Positions 18,744 through 27,261 of a stretch of 64,000 nucleotides of DNA are shown here, piece after piece. A model generated the notes under the pieces. It saw only the letters and a program-made list of their open reading frames with translations. It did not search any database and had not been told where the DNA came from. Where the stretch lies: assembly GCA_045644925.1 (NCBI GenBank), contig JAZRHV010000024.1:10472-74471 (forward strand). The letters run 5' to 3'. The DNA is from Alistipes sp. Its GTDB lineage: Bacteria; Bacteroidota; Bacteroidia; Bacteroidales; Rikenellaceae. The translations under genes were made by a program, and so were the position numbers. How positions within the stretch are numbered: position 1 is the stretch's first letter; the number at the start of each line of letters is the position of its first letter.

Positions 18744-20954
18744 TTACTTCAACTCGAACTGAGCATTGCTGCGGAGATCGCGCGAAGACGAACCTACATA
18801 AGCGGTAAATGTACCCTTCTCGGTTGCCCAATCGTGCTTCTCGGCATCGAAGTAGGCGAGTGCCGAGCGGTCGATCTCGAACTCTACGACACAGCTCTTA
18901 CCAGGCTCCAAGAATACCTTTTTGAACCCTTTGAGCTCGCGTACGGGACGCTCAACGGTCGAAACATCGTCGCCGATGTAGAGCTGAACAACTTCGCCAC
19001 CCTTGACGCTGCCGGTGTTCTTAACCTTTACAGAAGCTGTAATCTTGCCACCCTCTCTCATCGAGCTCTTGTTGAGTGTGAGGTCGCCATACTCGAATGT
19101 CGTATAGCTCAAACCGTGACCGAAGGGGAATGTCGGCTCGCAGTTGTAGAGGTCGGTCCAACGATATCCTACGAAGATATCCTCGACGTAACGCTGCTGG
19201 TAGCGCGGACGCATAATGCCCTCAGGCTGAATGCTGTCGATGATGCCAGGGTATGACTCCTCGCCTGCAACGTGTGCGCCACACTGGTCGAGTGATGCGT
19301 AGTAAGTGAACGGCAATTTACCCGAAGGATTAACCTTGCCCGAAAGTACGTTTGCAAGTGCATTACCGGCCTCCGAGCCGAGATACCAACCCTGAACAAC
19401 AGCATTAGCTCTCTCGATCCACGGCATTGCTACGGCATTACCACTTAAAATTACGACTGCGGTACGGGGGTTGGCCTCGCAGAGAGCCTCGATAACTTCG
19501 TTCTGACCATAGGGTAGTGCGAAATCCTCGCGGTCGCGACCTTCTGCATCCTGACCTTTGCGCTTGTTAAGACCGCCGATGAAGAAAACTACATCAGCTT
19601 CGGCAGCAGCCTTGCGCAACTCGTCAAGCGAAGCAACCTCGTCAGTAGCATTGCGAGAGTAGCCTCTCATATAGGTAACCTTATCCTCGCCATAGAGTGC
19701 TGTAAGACCATCCAAAGGCTTAATCTCGTACTTAACTTTGAGAGAAGAGCTACCACCACCCTTTGTGAGCATATAGTTCGCATTATCGCCTACGACGAGA
19801 ACTTTATTAACCGCCTCGGGTGCTACGGGAAGTACGTTATTGTTGTTTTTGAGCAGGACAATACCATTCTCGGCAATCGTGCGGGCTACGTCTGCGTGAG
19901 CCTCGGTAGCGAACGAGCCGTAGGGACGCTGGCGATTCATCGTGGTACGGAAAATCATACGCAAGACGTTGCGTACCTTCTCGTCTACGAGAGCAGCATC
20001 GCCCTTGCCCTCAGCGATATACTGTTTGAGCGGGTTAGCCATATGGTAGGTGTCGTAGCCGTTGCTTGCACCTGCGTTTGTAGCCAGACCGTCGGTCCAA
20101 GTACCAAATTCGAGGTCAAGACCGTTGTTAAGAGCCTCGGGTGTGTTCTCAACACCGCCCCAATCCGAGATTACGGTACCGTCAAAGCCCCACTCGCCAC
20201 GGAGGATATCAACCAACAGACGCTTGTTGTGGCAGCAATACTGATTCTGGTGGAGGTTGTACGAGCCCATAATCGACCATGCGCCACCCTCCTGAACAGC
20301 AGCCTTGAATGCGGGAAGGTAAATCTCGTAGAGTGCGCGGTCGCTGACCTGTACGTTAATGTCGTGACGCTTGAACTCCTGGTTGTTGAGAGCGTAGTGC
20401 TTTACGCACGATGCAACGCCAATCTTCTGTACCTCCTGGATGTAGGGAACAACCATCTTGCTTGCCAAGTAGGGATCCTCGCCCATATACTCGAAGTTGC
20501 GGCCGTTGAAGGGAGTACGGTAGATATTTACACCGGGGCCGAGCAATACTGTCTTGTTGCGGTAGCGAGCCTCCTCGCCGATAGCCTTACCATACATTGC
20601 CGACATTGCGGGGTCCCACGATGCCGCCAAGCAGGTGAGTGCGGGGAATGCCATACAGCGGTCGTTTGTCCAGTTTGCACCCTTCCACTCGTCCCAGAGT
20701 ACCTCCTCGCGGATACCGTGAGGACCGTCGGTACACCAGACTTCGGGGATGCCAAGACGGGGAACACCCGGAGATGAGAATTTCGACTGAGCGTGAATCA
20801 TCGCAATCTTCTCGTCGAATGTCATACGCGACAAAGCATCCTCTACGCGCTTTTCGATGGGCTTGCTGTCGTCCAGATAGACCGGAATGTCGTTTCCGCA
20901 CGATGCTGCCCAGAGCAGACAGCTCATTGAAAACAGATAGATTAATCTCTTCAT
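18744..20954 (-). CDS. glycoside hydrolase family 3 (beta-glucosidase-like) lipoprotein
   Basis: Lipobox AASC; TDGPHG, GRNFEYMGEDP, VKHY, ISDW nucleophile, FPFGHGLSYT, Fn3-like tail. Confidence 0.93.
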   Translation of the reverse strand: MKRLIYLFSMSCLLWAASCGNDIPVYLDDSKPIEKRVEDALSRMTFDEKIAMIHAQSKFSSPGVPRLGIPEVWCTDGPHGIREEVLWDEWKGANWTNDRCMAFPALTCLAASWDPAMSAMYGKAIGEEARYRNKTVLLGPGVNIYRTPFNGRNFEYMGEDPYLASKMVVPYIQEVQKIGVASCVKHYALNNQEFKRHDINVQVSDRALYEIYLPAFKAAVQEGGAWSIMGSYNLHQNQYCCHNKRLLVDILRGEWGFDGTVISDWGGVENTPEALNNGLDLEFGTWTDGLATNAGASNGYDTYHMANPLKQYIAEGKGDAALVDEKVRNVLRMIFRTTMNRQRPYGSFATEAHADVARTIAENGIVLLKNNNNVLPVAPEAVNKVLVVGDNANYMLTKGGGSSSLKVKYEIKPLDGLTALYGEDKVTYMRGYSRNATDEVASLDELRKAAAEADVVFFIGGLNKRKGQDAEGRDREDFALPYGQNEVIEALCEANPRTAVVILSGNAVAMPWIERANAVVQGWYLGSEAGNALANVLSGKVNPSGKLPFTYYASLDQCGAHVAGEESYPGIIDSIQPEGIMRPRYQQRYVEDIFVGYRWTDLYNCEPTFPFGHGLSYTTFEYGDLTLNKSSMREGGKITASVKVKNTGSVKGGEVVQLYIGDDVSTVERPVRELKGFKKVFLEPGKSCVVEFEIDRSALAYFDAEKHDWATEKGTFTAYVGSSSRDLRSNAQFELK

Positions 20955-20990
20955 AATTTTAATGATTGGTTAATGATTATTGTGAATATT

Positions 20991-22058
20991 TTAGTTTAGC
21001 TTTTTGTAGTGGCAGTACATCAACTCTCCGTTATTATCGCGCAGGTGCATACCGCCTCCCTGACAGTACCGCCACATCTTGCACTCGGCACACTCGCCCT
21101 TGTGCGCCCACTCGCGATTGCGGAATGGCTCGAATCGTGTCTGCCACACCTCCCAGAATCGGTCGTGGTAGATATTTCCTTGCGAGTAGTCAGCTCTGAC
21201 GCTTGTACAGCCCGAAATCGAGCCATCGACACGTATAGACGCAACCGAAACGCCTGCGGCACACTGATAGAAGTGGTCGCGCACGTCGGCCTCGTAATCG
21301 CCTAAAAAGCCTTCGCAAGCGTAGCTTACATTAATCTTGCCCTCTTTGCGTGTCTGCTTGATAAAGTCGAGTGCGCAGCGGAACTCCTCGTTTGAGAGAT
21401 TGAGCGCAGGGTCATCTGCTGCACGTCCTGCAGGGAAGATTGAGAATATTCGCCAATGGGTGACACCGTGCGCAATAAGCCACTGCTTGAACTCTTCGAG
21501 CCGTGGAAGCATCGGTGGGGTAAGGCAGGTAATAACGTCGCAGGCAATATCTCGGTATTTGAGAATTTCGGCTATTGCGTCTGTGGCGCAGTCGAAAGCC
21601 TTATCGTTGCGACGGATATGGTTGTGAACGTCTGCAAAGCCGTCGAGGCTGATAGAAATCGAGCGCAGACCTGCCTGCACTAACGATGCAAGACGTTCGG
21701 GAGTGAGCAGAACTCCGTTTGTTACCAAACCCCACGGATATCCTCGACGTGCGACCTCGGAGCCGGCTTGCTCCAAATCTTTGCGCATCAGCACCTCGCC
21801 GCCCGAAAAGACGACCAGGAGCTCGCTCGGATTGACATTCGGGGTAATCTCCTCGTCCAGAACTCGTAAAAAATCCTCTAAGGGCATATCTTTCGCTGCG
21901 GCATCTGCTCGGCAGTCGCTACCACAGTGGCGACAGTCGAGATTGCATCGCAGGGTCATCTCCCAAAAGAGGGTACGCATACGATGTTCCTCAACCGTTT
22001 TGCGGTAGAGATTGCTGAATATGCGTAGTGCTGCTCTTTTGCGGAGTTTGCGGAACAT
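20991..22058 (-). CDS. radical SAM/SPASM enzyme of the rSAM/lipoprotein (TIGR04133-like) type
   Basis: CNLDCRHC cluster motif, FSGGE, VTNG, SISLDG; SPASM C...DG..SGC and CAEC-x5-C. Lies 21 bp downstream of a small lipoprotein gene. Confidence 0.85.
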   Translation of the reverse strand: MFRKLRKRAALRIFSNLYRKTVEEHRMRTLFWEMTLRCNLDCRHCGSDCRADAAAKDMPLEDFLRVLDEEITPNVNPSELLVVFSGGEVLMRKDLEQAGSEVARRGYPWGLVTNGVLLTPERLASLVQAGLRSISISLDGFADVHNHIRRNDKAFDCATDAIAEILKYRDIACDVITCLTPPMLPRLEEFKQWLIAHGVTHWRIFSIFPAGRAADDPALNLSNEEFRCALDFIKQTRKEGKINVSYACEGFLGDYEADVRDHFYQCAAGVSVASIRVDGSISGCTSVRADYSQGNIYHDRFWEVWQTRFEPFRNREWAHKGECAECKMWRYCQGGGMHLRDNNGELMYCHYKKLN

Positions 22059-22079
22059 ACGTGCTATTTAGAACTGGTA

Positions 22080-22310
22080 TTATTGCCCGAATTGGTTTTT
22101 GCTTTCCTGGGCTTGAGATTCGATATTATCGGCTTTTTTGACCTCTGACGATGGCTGTACAGGGCGACGAACACCATACATCACGACGATTGAAGGGACT
22201 GTTTCGGCCTTTTTGCCCTTCTCCTTTTCGCTCTTTGGAGCCTCTTTAACTGTCGAGCAGGCGGTCGAGAAACCGAGCAGTGCCACGAGTGCCAATTTGA
22301 AACTTTTCAT
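22080..22310 (-). CDS. small lipoprotein with MYG motif, probable rSAM substrate (TIGR04134-like)
   Basis: LLGFSTAC lipobox (Cys18), VVMYGV at residues 42-47. TACCTTTG -7 box at 22341-22348 on the minus strand. Confidence 0.75.
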   Translation of the reverse strand: MKSFKLALVALLGFSTACSTVKEAPKSEKEKGKKAETVPSIVVMYGVRRPVQPSSEVKKADNIESQAQESKNQFGQ

Positions 22311-22448
22311 ACCGATATATATTTATATACGTTCTTTGTACAAAGGTAATGATTTTGCTCGAAATCGGAAAATAATCGTAAAAAGTTTTGCAAATCAATT
22401 ACTTTTGTTTATATTTGTTAAACCTAACACTATTAACAACTGAACATT

Positions 22449-22652
22449 ATGACCGGAAAAGTAAAATGGTTCGACGGCAAAAAGGGCTACGGTTTTATTA
22501 TTGCCGAAGATGGAAAAGAGATTTTTGTTCACTATACGGGTATCGTTAAAGAGGGTTTCAAGGCGCTCTCAGAGGGTCGTGCCGTAGAGTTTGAACTTGG
22601 GGACGGAGTACACGGCGTGCAGGCTGTAAATGTCGTCGAAGTGAAAGAATAG
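22449..22652 (+). CDS. cold-shock protein
   Basis: GKVKWFD, KGYGFI, IFVHYTGI; terminator hairpin at 22671-22712. Confidence 0.93.
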   Translation: MTGKVKWFDGKKGYGFIIAEDGKEIFVHYTGIVKEGFKALSEGRAVEFELGDGVHGVQAVNVVEVKE

Positions 22653-22737
22653 ATTTATTGCTTTCGGGTTGCGGGTGATTGCTGCTTATACAGACAATCA
22701 CCCGCTTTTTTTGTTAGGGTAGTGCGAGAAACGCAGA

Positions 22738-23646
22738 CTATCGGACGAAATATCCGATGGCAAATACCTCGGTCGAGTTCTCGCCAAGACCTCCGCTCTG
22801 GCTGTTGAGCGCAGTCTGCACTTTTACGAAATCGGCCTGCGTGAGATTTGCCGACTCTCCGTTTGCGGTGACAGCATCGCTCAGTCTGAAACGGTTAAAT
22901 TCCAAGCCTGCGGCAGCTCCTGTGCCACGCATCAGGTCGGTTGTGTTCTCGTTATCGACGTAGCCCCAATCGAATCCTTCTTGAATCCAAATCGTGCCGT
23001 TGAAGTGCGTACGAGGAGCAAGGCGTGTGCCGTGCAGAGTGTAGCACTCTTCCCTGATCCAGGCAGGGTAATAGGAACCGTGCGGGTGCGCTTCAAGGTG
23101 CGCAATCTCGCCACTATTGCCCAAAGAATCCTCCCAACGTATTGGCTGCTTAGGGTAAGTGGCTCTGTGGTAAGTGACTGAGTAGTCGTCTAATACGCCA
23201 TCTTTGCCATATTCTGAGCCTGCAAGCTCATACCACGTGTCATCGGGCTCGCCGTTGCCGTTTTCGTCCTGCATAACCCATACGATGCCGGGCTCGGAAC
23301 TGCCCTCGAAGGGGTTGCCTGCGATGGCGATGTCATAGTCGCCACTGTTGATTACGGGCTTGTCGAAGCCGACCACGATATAGCCTCCAAAACCGCCTAA
23401 CGAGACGAAATTTTTGCGTTCGAGTCGCTCGCGGGCATAATCACACGCTGCTTGCGGAGTAACCTCGCTGCCGTTGAATCCGCTCGTCATCGGGTTGTTG
23501 ATAAATTGACCGGGGGCAGGGGTGTATTCGAGAACATTGGTCGTGAGTAGTAGTTCAGCATCGTCCGTGCCGAATGAATTGGTCATATTGCACGATGTAA
23601 GCATCGCTACAAATAACGCGGGTAATATTTTGACCACCAACCTCAT
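22738..23646 (-). CDS. cell-surface lipoprotein of the type found in Bacteroidetes B12 loci
   Basis: Lipobox LTSC; VLEYTPAPGQFIN, VSLGGFGGYIVVGFD, SEPGIVWVMQDENGNG.PDDTWYEL.GSE, DFVKVQTA. Confidence 0.7.
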   Translation of the reverse strand: MRLVVKILPALFVAMLTSCNMTNSFGTDDAELLLTTNVLEYTPAPGQFINNPMTSGFNGSEVTPQAACDYARERLERKNFVSLGGFGGYIVVGFDKPVINSGDYDIAIAGNPFEGSSEPGIVWVMQDENGNGEPDDTWYELAGSEYGKDGVLDDYSVTYHRATYPKQPIRWEDSLGNSGEIAHLEAHPHGSYYPAWIREECYTLHGTRLAPRTHFNGTIWIQEGFDWGYVDNENTTDLMRGTGAAAGLEFNRFRLSDAVTANGESANLTQADFVKVQTALNSQSGGLGENSTEVFAIGYFVR

Positions 23647-23650
23647 ATCG

Positions 23651-24493
23651 CTACTTCGCAAAGTTGAATTTTAGGTCGTCGATGCAGAAACTGAACGGGC
23701 ACCACATTTCGGGAGCTTTGACCTCCGAGGAGGTGCGCTGCCAATCGGTTGTGAAGCATATTTTATCGACCGTTCCCAGCTTTTCGAGCGAGATACTCTT
23801 CCAGTTGCTTACGATATTGCCGTTATTTGCGAGATAGAACGACATCTCCGATACCTGCTCTCCGTCGAGGTAGCCCATAGCCTTCACGGCCAAGTTTACC
23901 TTCGGGTCGTTCTTCTTAATTTGCAAGTAGGTGTATGTCGCGTTGGCAATCTTGACGCTGACGGGTTTTGCCGGTTTGTCGAACTCGATGGTCGGCAGAT
24001 CGTAAACTCCGTGGCGATCCTGATAGGTGGGCGAAAACCATATCGCATCGTTCGCTATGGCAAATTTATTGTCGCCATTTGTTGCCGAATAGACGCTGTA
24101 TTGGTTGTGGACGGTATCGACCGTCAGTTCGTTATTTGCCGAGATTACAAAGGCGTAGGTCGTGTCGTAGGTGCCGCCCCAAAGTTCCTTGAAATCAGAG
24201 TAGAACGAGCCGAAGTTCGCACCCTGCTCCGAGTAGATAATGTCGTCGAAAAGCATACATCCGACAAGATGATTCGACGCATCCGAGCAGAGCGAAGCTT
24301 GCGCCTTTCCGGCCAAAACATTGGTGTAGGTCATCGGATTATAGCCGTCGAGCGTGAGAGTGCCTAATTCGGCCTCCTCGAAATCTACGGTGTACGCAGT
24401 TTGGATATCCTGCGGAGGATTATCCTGGCACGAAGTACACACCCCAACCGAAATGACTACCGTCATCAACCACCACAAAGAGATTGTTCTCAT
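23651..24493 (-). CDS. DUF4465-like lipoprotein (BtuJ-like cobalamin-binding candidate)
   Basis: Lipobox VCTSC; VKIANATYTY, GNIVSNW..ISL..LG.V.KI.F, P..FCIDD; first gene after the cobalamin riboswitch. Confidence 0.65.
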   Translation of the reverse strand: MRTISLWWLMTVVISVGVCTSCQDNPPQDIQTAYTVDFEEAELGTLTLDGYNPMTYTNVLAGKAQASLCSDASNHLVGCMLFDDIIYSEQGANFGSFYSDFKELWGGTYDTTYAFVISANNELTVDTVHNQYSVYSATNGDNKFAIANDAIWFSPTYQDRHGVYDLPTIEFDKPAKPVSVKIANATYTYLQIKKNDPKVNLAVKAMGYLDGEQVSEMSFYLANNGNIVSNWKSISLEKLGTVDKICFTTDWQRTSSEVKAPEMWCPFSFCIDDLKFNFAK

Positions 24494-24630
24494 AATTACA
24501 TTTGCGAGGCTCCTTACCCCGATTTTGTGCGAAGGAGAATCGAATGGCGGTGGGTTTATGGCTCTGTAAGCACCGAAATATCCGTCAAATTCTGTCCCGT
24601 CCTCCGCAGGTTACAAAATAAATAATGCAA

Positions 24631-24838
24631 AGGCAGGTCTTCTGACTTGTTCCGATTGCGACGCCTTCCCATCCTTACAGCGGACAGTGGCACAAGATTG
24701 TCGCAATTCGTGGGGAAAATCCCCAATGAATATGGCTTTGGGCCTATTCATAGAACTTACAGCAGCGGGAACTGTAACCGACTCTCACGGTTTTCCCTTT
24801 TAATTCCATAGGACGCAAGTCCCTTCGGAAACCAATGC
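24631..24838 (-). ncRNA. cobalamin riboswitch
   Basis: Minus strand reads ...AAAAGGGAAAACCGTGAGAGTCGGTTACAGTTCCCGCTGCTGTAAG...ACTG...GGGAAGGCG...AAGTCAGAAGACCTGCC (B12 box). -7 box TACCTTTG at 24844-24851. Confidence 0.9.
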
Positions 24839-24980
24839 TAACGCAAAGGTATCAAATAATTTGCGATTAACAATACAATGTTAGATATTTTTTTATAACT
24901 TTGCCAGCCTGGGCTATATACTAAGGTATATAGCTCCTATAAATGCCCATTCTGGGCTTAGGTTAGTTAGGAAAATAAAT

Positions 24981-26203
24981 ATGCGAAATTTTCGTAAGTT
25001 GCTGATTATCTTGCTTTTAGCAAGTAGGGGGGGTATTCTCGGGAGTGCCGTACGGAATTTCGTATGGAGTTTCGCGTAAATAATACGACAATCGAGTCGG
25101 AGCGTGGAGACAATGGCGAGCAACTCCGCAAACTCAACGCTTTCCTCGATCAAATCGAAGCCGACACGACTAAAAATATCGTAAATGTTGCCTTCTGTGG
25201 TGCGGCATCTCCCGAAGGAAATACGGAAAATAATCGCCTGTTGGCGCAAGGCCGACTGTCGGCACTCGAACGAGTTGTTCGTGCTAAAATCGAACTACCC
25301 GACAGTATCGTAACCTATAATGATAGTTATATCCCGTGGAGTTATCTCGCTGAGAGAGTCGAAGAGTCTGATCTTCTGCAAAAGGAGGTTATTCTGGGCA
25401 TCATCGGTCGTGAGCCTGTCGTGATAGGCTATATAAACAATCAACTTTTCGATAATCGTGTCGAACTGCTCAAAACACTCGATGATGGGGCGGTGTGGCG
25501 ACAACTCAACGAACGCTATTTCGCGTCTATGCGCAACGCTAGCGTAATTTTTACCACATCCCAATCATCGGTTAAGCCATCCGAAGAGTCTTTGGTTGCG
25601 GATGTTGTCGAGATGCATAAAGCTGAAACTCCGGAGAGGCCAGAGTCGGTAGCGACAGCAGAGGTCGCTGATGATTGGACTCGTCATCTATATCTGAATA
25701 CGAATGCTCTCGGTTGGGCATTGGCTATATTGAATATTGGGGTCGAAATCGACCTGGCAAAGCATTGGTCTTTTGCTATGCCGATATATTATGCGGCGCA
25801 CAACTACTTTGTGCCGACCATTAAATTCCGCACCCTCGCTATCGAGCCGGAGGTGAGATATTGGCTCAAAGAGAATAATATAGGCCTCTTCTTTGGTGCG
25901 CATTTAGGCGTGGCCCAATACAACCTAGCAGTAAATGGCGCAAATCGCTATCAGGACCACAATGGTACATCACCTATGCTGGGCGGTGGAGTTAGCATCG
26001 GTTATCGTTGCGCTATATCGAAGAGTCGTCGTTGGAACGCCGAATTTATTTTAGGTTCGGGCGTTTATAATCTGCATTACGATATTTTTCACAATGATAC
26101 CAACGGAAAATTTATTGATACGCAGCGAAAAACCTATTTTGGAATTGACAACGCTGCTGTCAATATTTCGTACCGTTTTGACTTGAAGCGAGGTAGGCGA
26201 TGA
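24981..26203 (+). CDS. DUF3575/OmpA-like outer-membrane protein heading a fimbrial locus; frameshifted at G7 (25027-25033)
   Basis: Signal-peptide frame from ATG 24981 stops at 25079. The main frame opens exactly at the G tract (in-track ORF 25064-26203). ASPEG and NTNALGW..NIGVE..WS..P..YA...YF..LA.EPEVRYW barrel motifs. Confidence 0.75.
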
Positions 26204-27219
26204 GGATGATGTTGCGCTATATATTTGCGAGTGTGGCATTACTGATGTCGCTTGTGGGTTGTGATATTCACGAATTTCCGATGCAGACACAAAGTGTAGT
26301 CCCGTTTGTGTTGCATCTCAATTTCGACACAAATCTGCCTCTGCACAAGGTGGTGCCGTATGTGCGAAGCGAGTCGAACGATGCAGTGAATGGTGGCGAG
26401 GGTTGTGATGTGCGATACTTGATTAAAGCCTATCGAGCCAATAATGTGGCGGGCGATAACGCTGTTGCCGATGCGACGGTTGTGGTTACTAAGTCCGATA
26501 TCGACAACCTTAATCACTCGGTGAGTATCGAGTTGGAAGAGGGTCAATATACCTTCCGCATTTGGTGCGATTATGTGAAGAGGGGTAGTCGTGACGATAA
26601 CTACTACCTGACGAGCGATTTTGGGGAGATAATCCTTGCAAATCGGGCAGAGCATCAGGGTAGTAACGAATATCGTGACGCTTTTCGCGGAGTTGCGACG
26701 GCAACAGTGTCGGAGACGAGCCGTCAGGCAACTGTCGAGATGCAGCGACCGATGGGTAAGTTCGAATTTATCTCGACCGATATGTCGGAATTTGCAGCTC
26801 GGGTCAAGGCGGATAAAGGAGTGCAAGAGATTGATTGGAACGCATATAGGGTAGTATTTTGTTATGAAATATTTATGCCCTGCTCGTATAACTTGCTAAG
26901 TGATAAGACGGCAGATTCGTGGCAAAAAGTCTACTTCGAGAGTCGTATGACTACCGATGGAGAGGCAGAGGGAGAGATATCGCTGGGATTTGATTATGCC
27001 TTTGTGGACTATCCGAAAACCACGCTGAGCATATCGGTTGCGGTATACGAGCCGAGCGGAGGGTGTGTGGTGATGTCGAAGCCAATAGATGTGCAGATTG
27101 TAAGAGGTGAACTGACAGTGGTTAAGGGCGATTTCTTGACATCGAAGGGCGCGAGTAGCTCGGATGGGGTAGCGATAAACCCAGGTTACGAAGGCGAGGA
27201 TTACAATGTGGAGATTTAG
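26200..27219 (+). CDS. type V fimbria minor/anchor-like lipoprotein (Mfa2/FimB- or DUF6562-like)
   Basis: Lipobox LVGC-DIHEFP, RDAFRG, MQRPMGK, TVVKGDFLT; ATGA overlap with the upstream gene. Confidence 0.6.
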   Translation: MRMMLRYIFASVALLMSLVGCDIHEFPMQTQSVVPFVLHLNFDTNLPLHKVVPYVRSESNDAVNGGEGCDVRYLIKAYRANNVAGDNAVADATVVVTKSDIDNLNHSVSIELEEGQYTFRIWCDYVKRGSRDDNYYLTSDFGEIILANRAEHQGSNEYRDAFRGVATATVSETSRQATVEMQRPMGKFEFISTDMSEFAARVKADKGVQEIDWNAYRVVFCYEIFMPCSYNLLSDKTADSWQKVYFESRMTTDGEAEGEISLGFDYAFVDYPKTTLSISVAVYEPSGGCVVMSKPIDVQIVRGELTVVKGDFLTSKGASSSDGVAINPGYEGEDYNVEI

Positions 27220-27261
27220 ATAAGAAACAACAATTAACACAATTAATAACTTAAACTTTTT

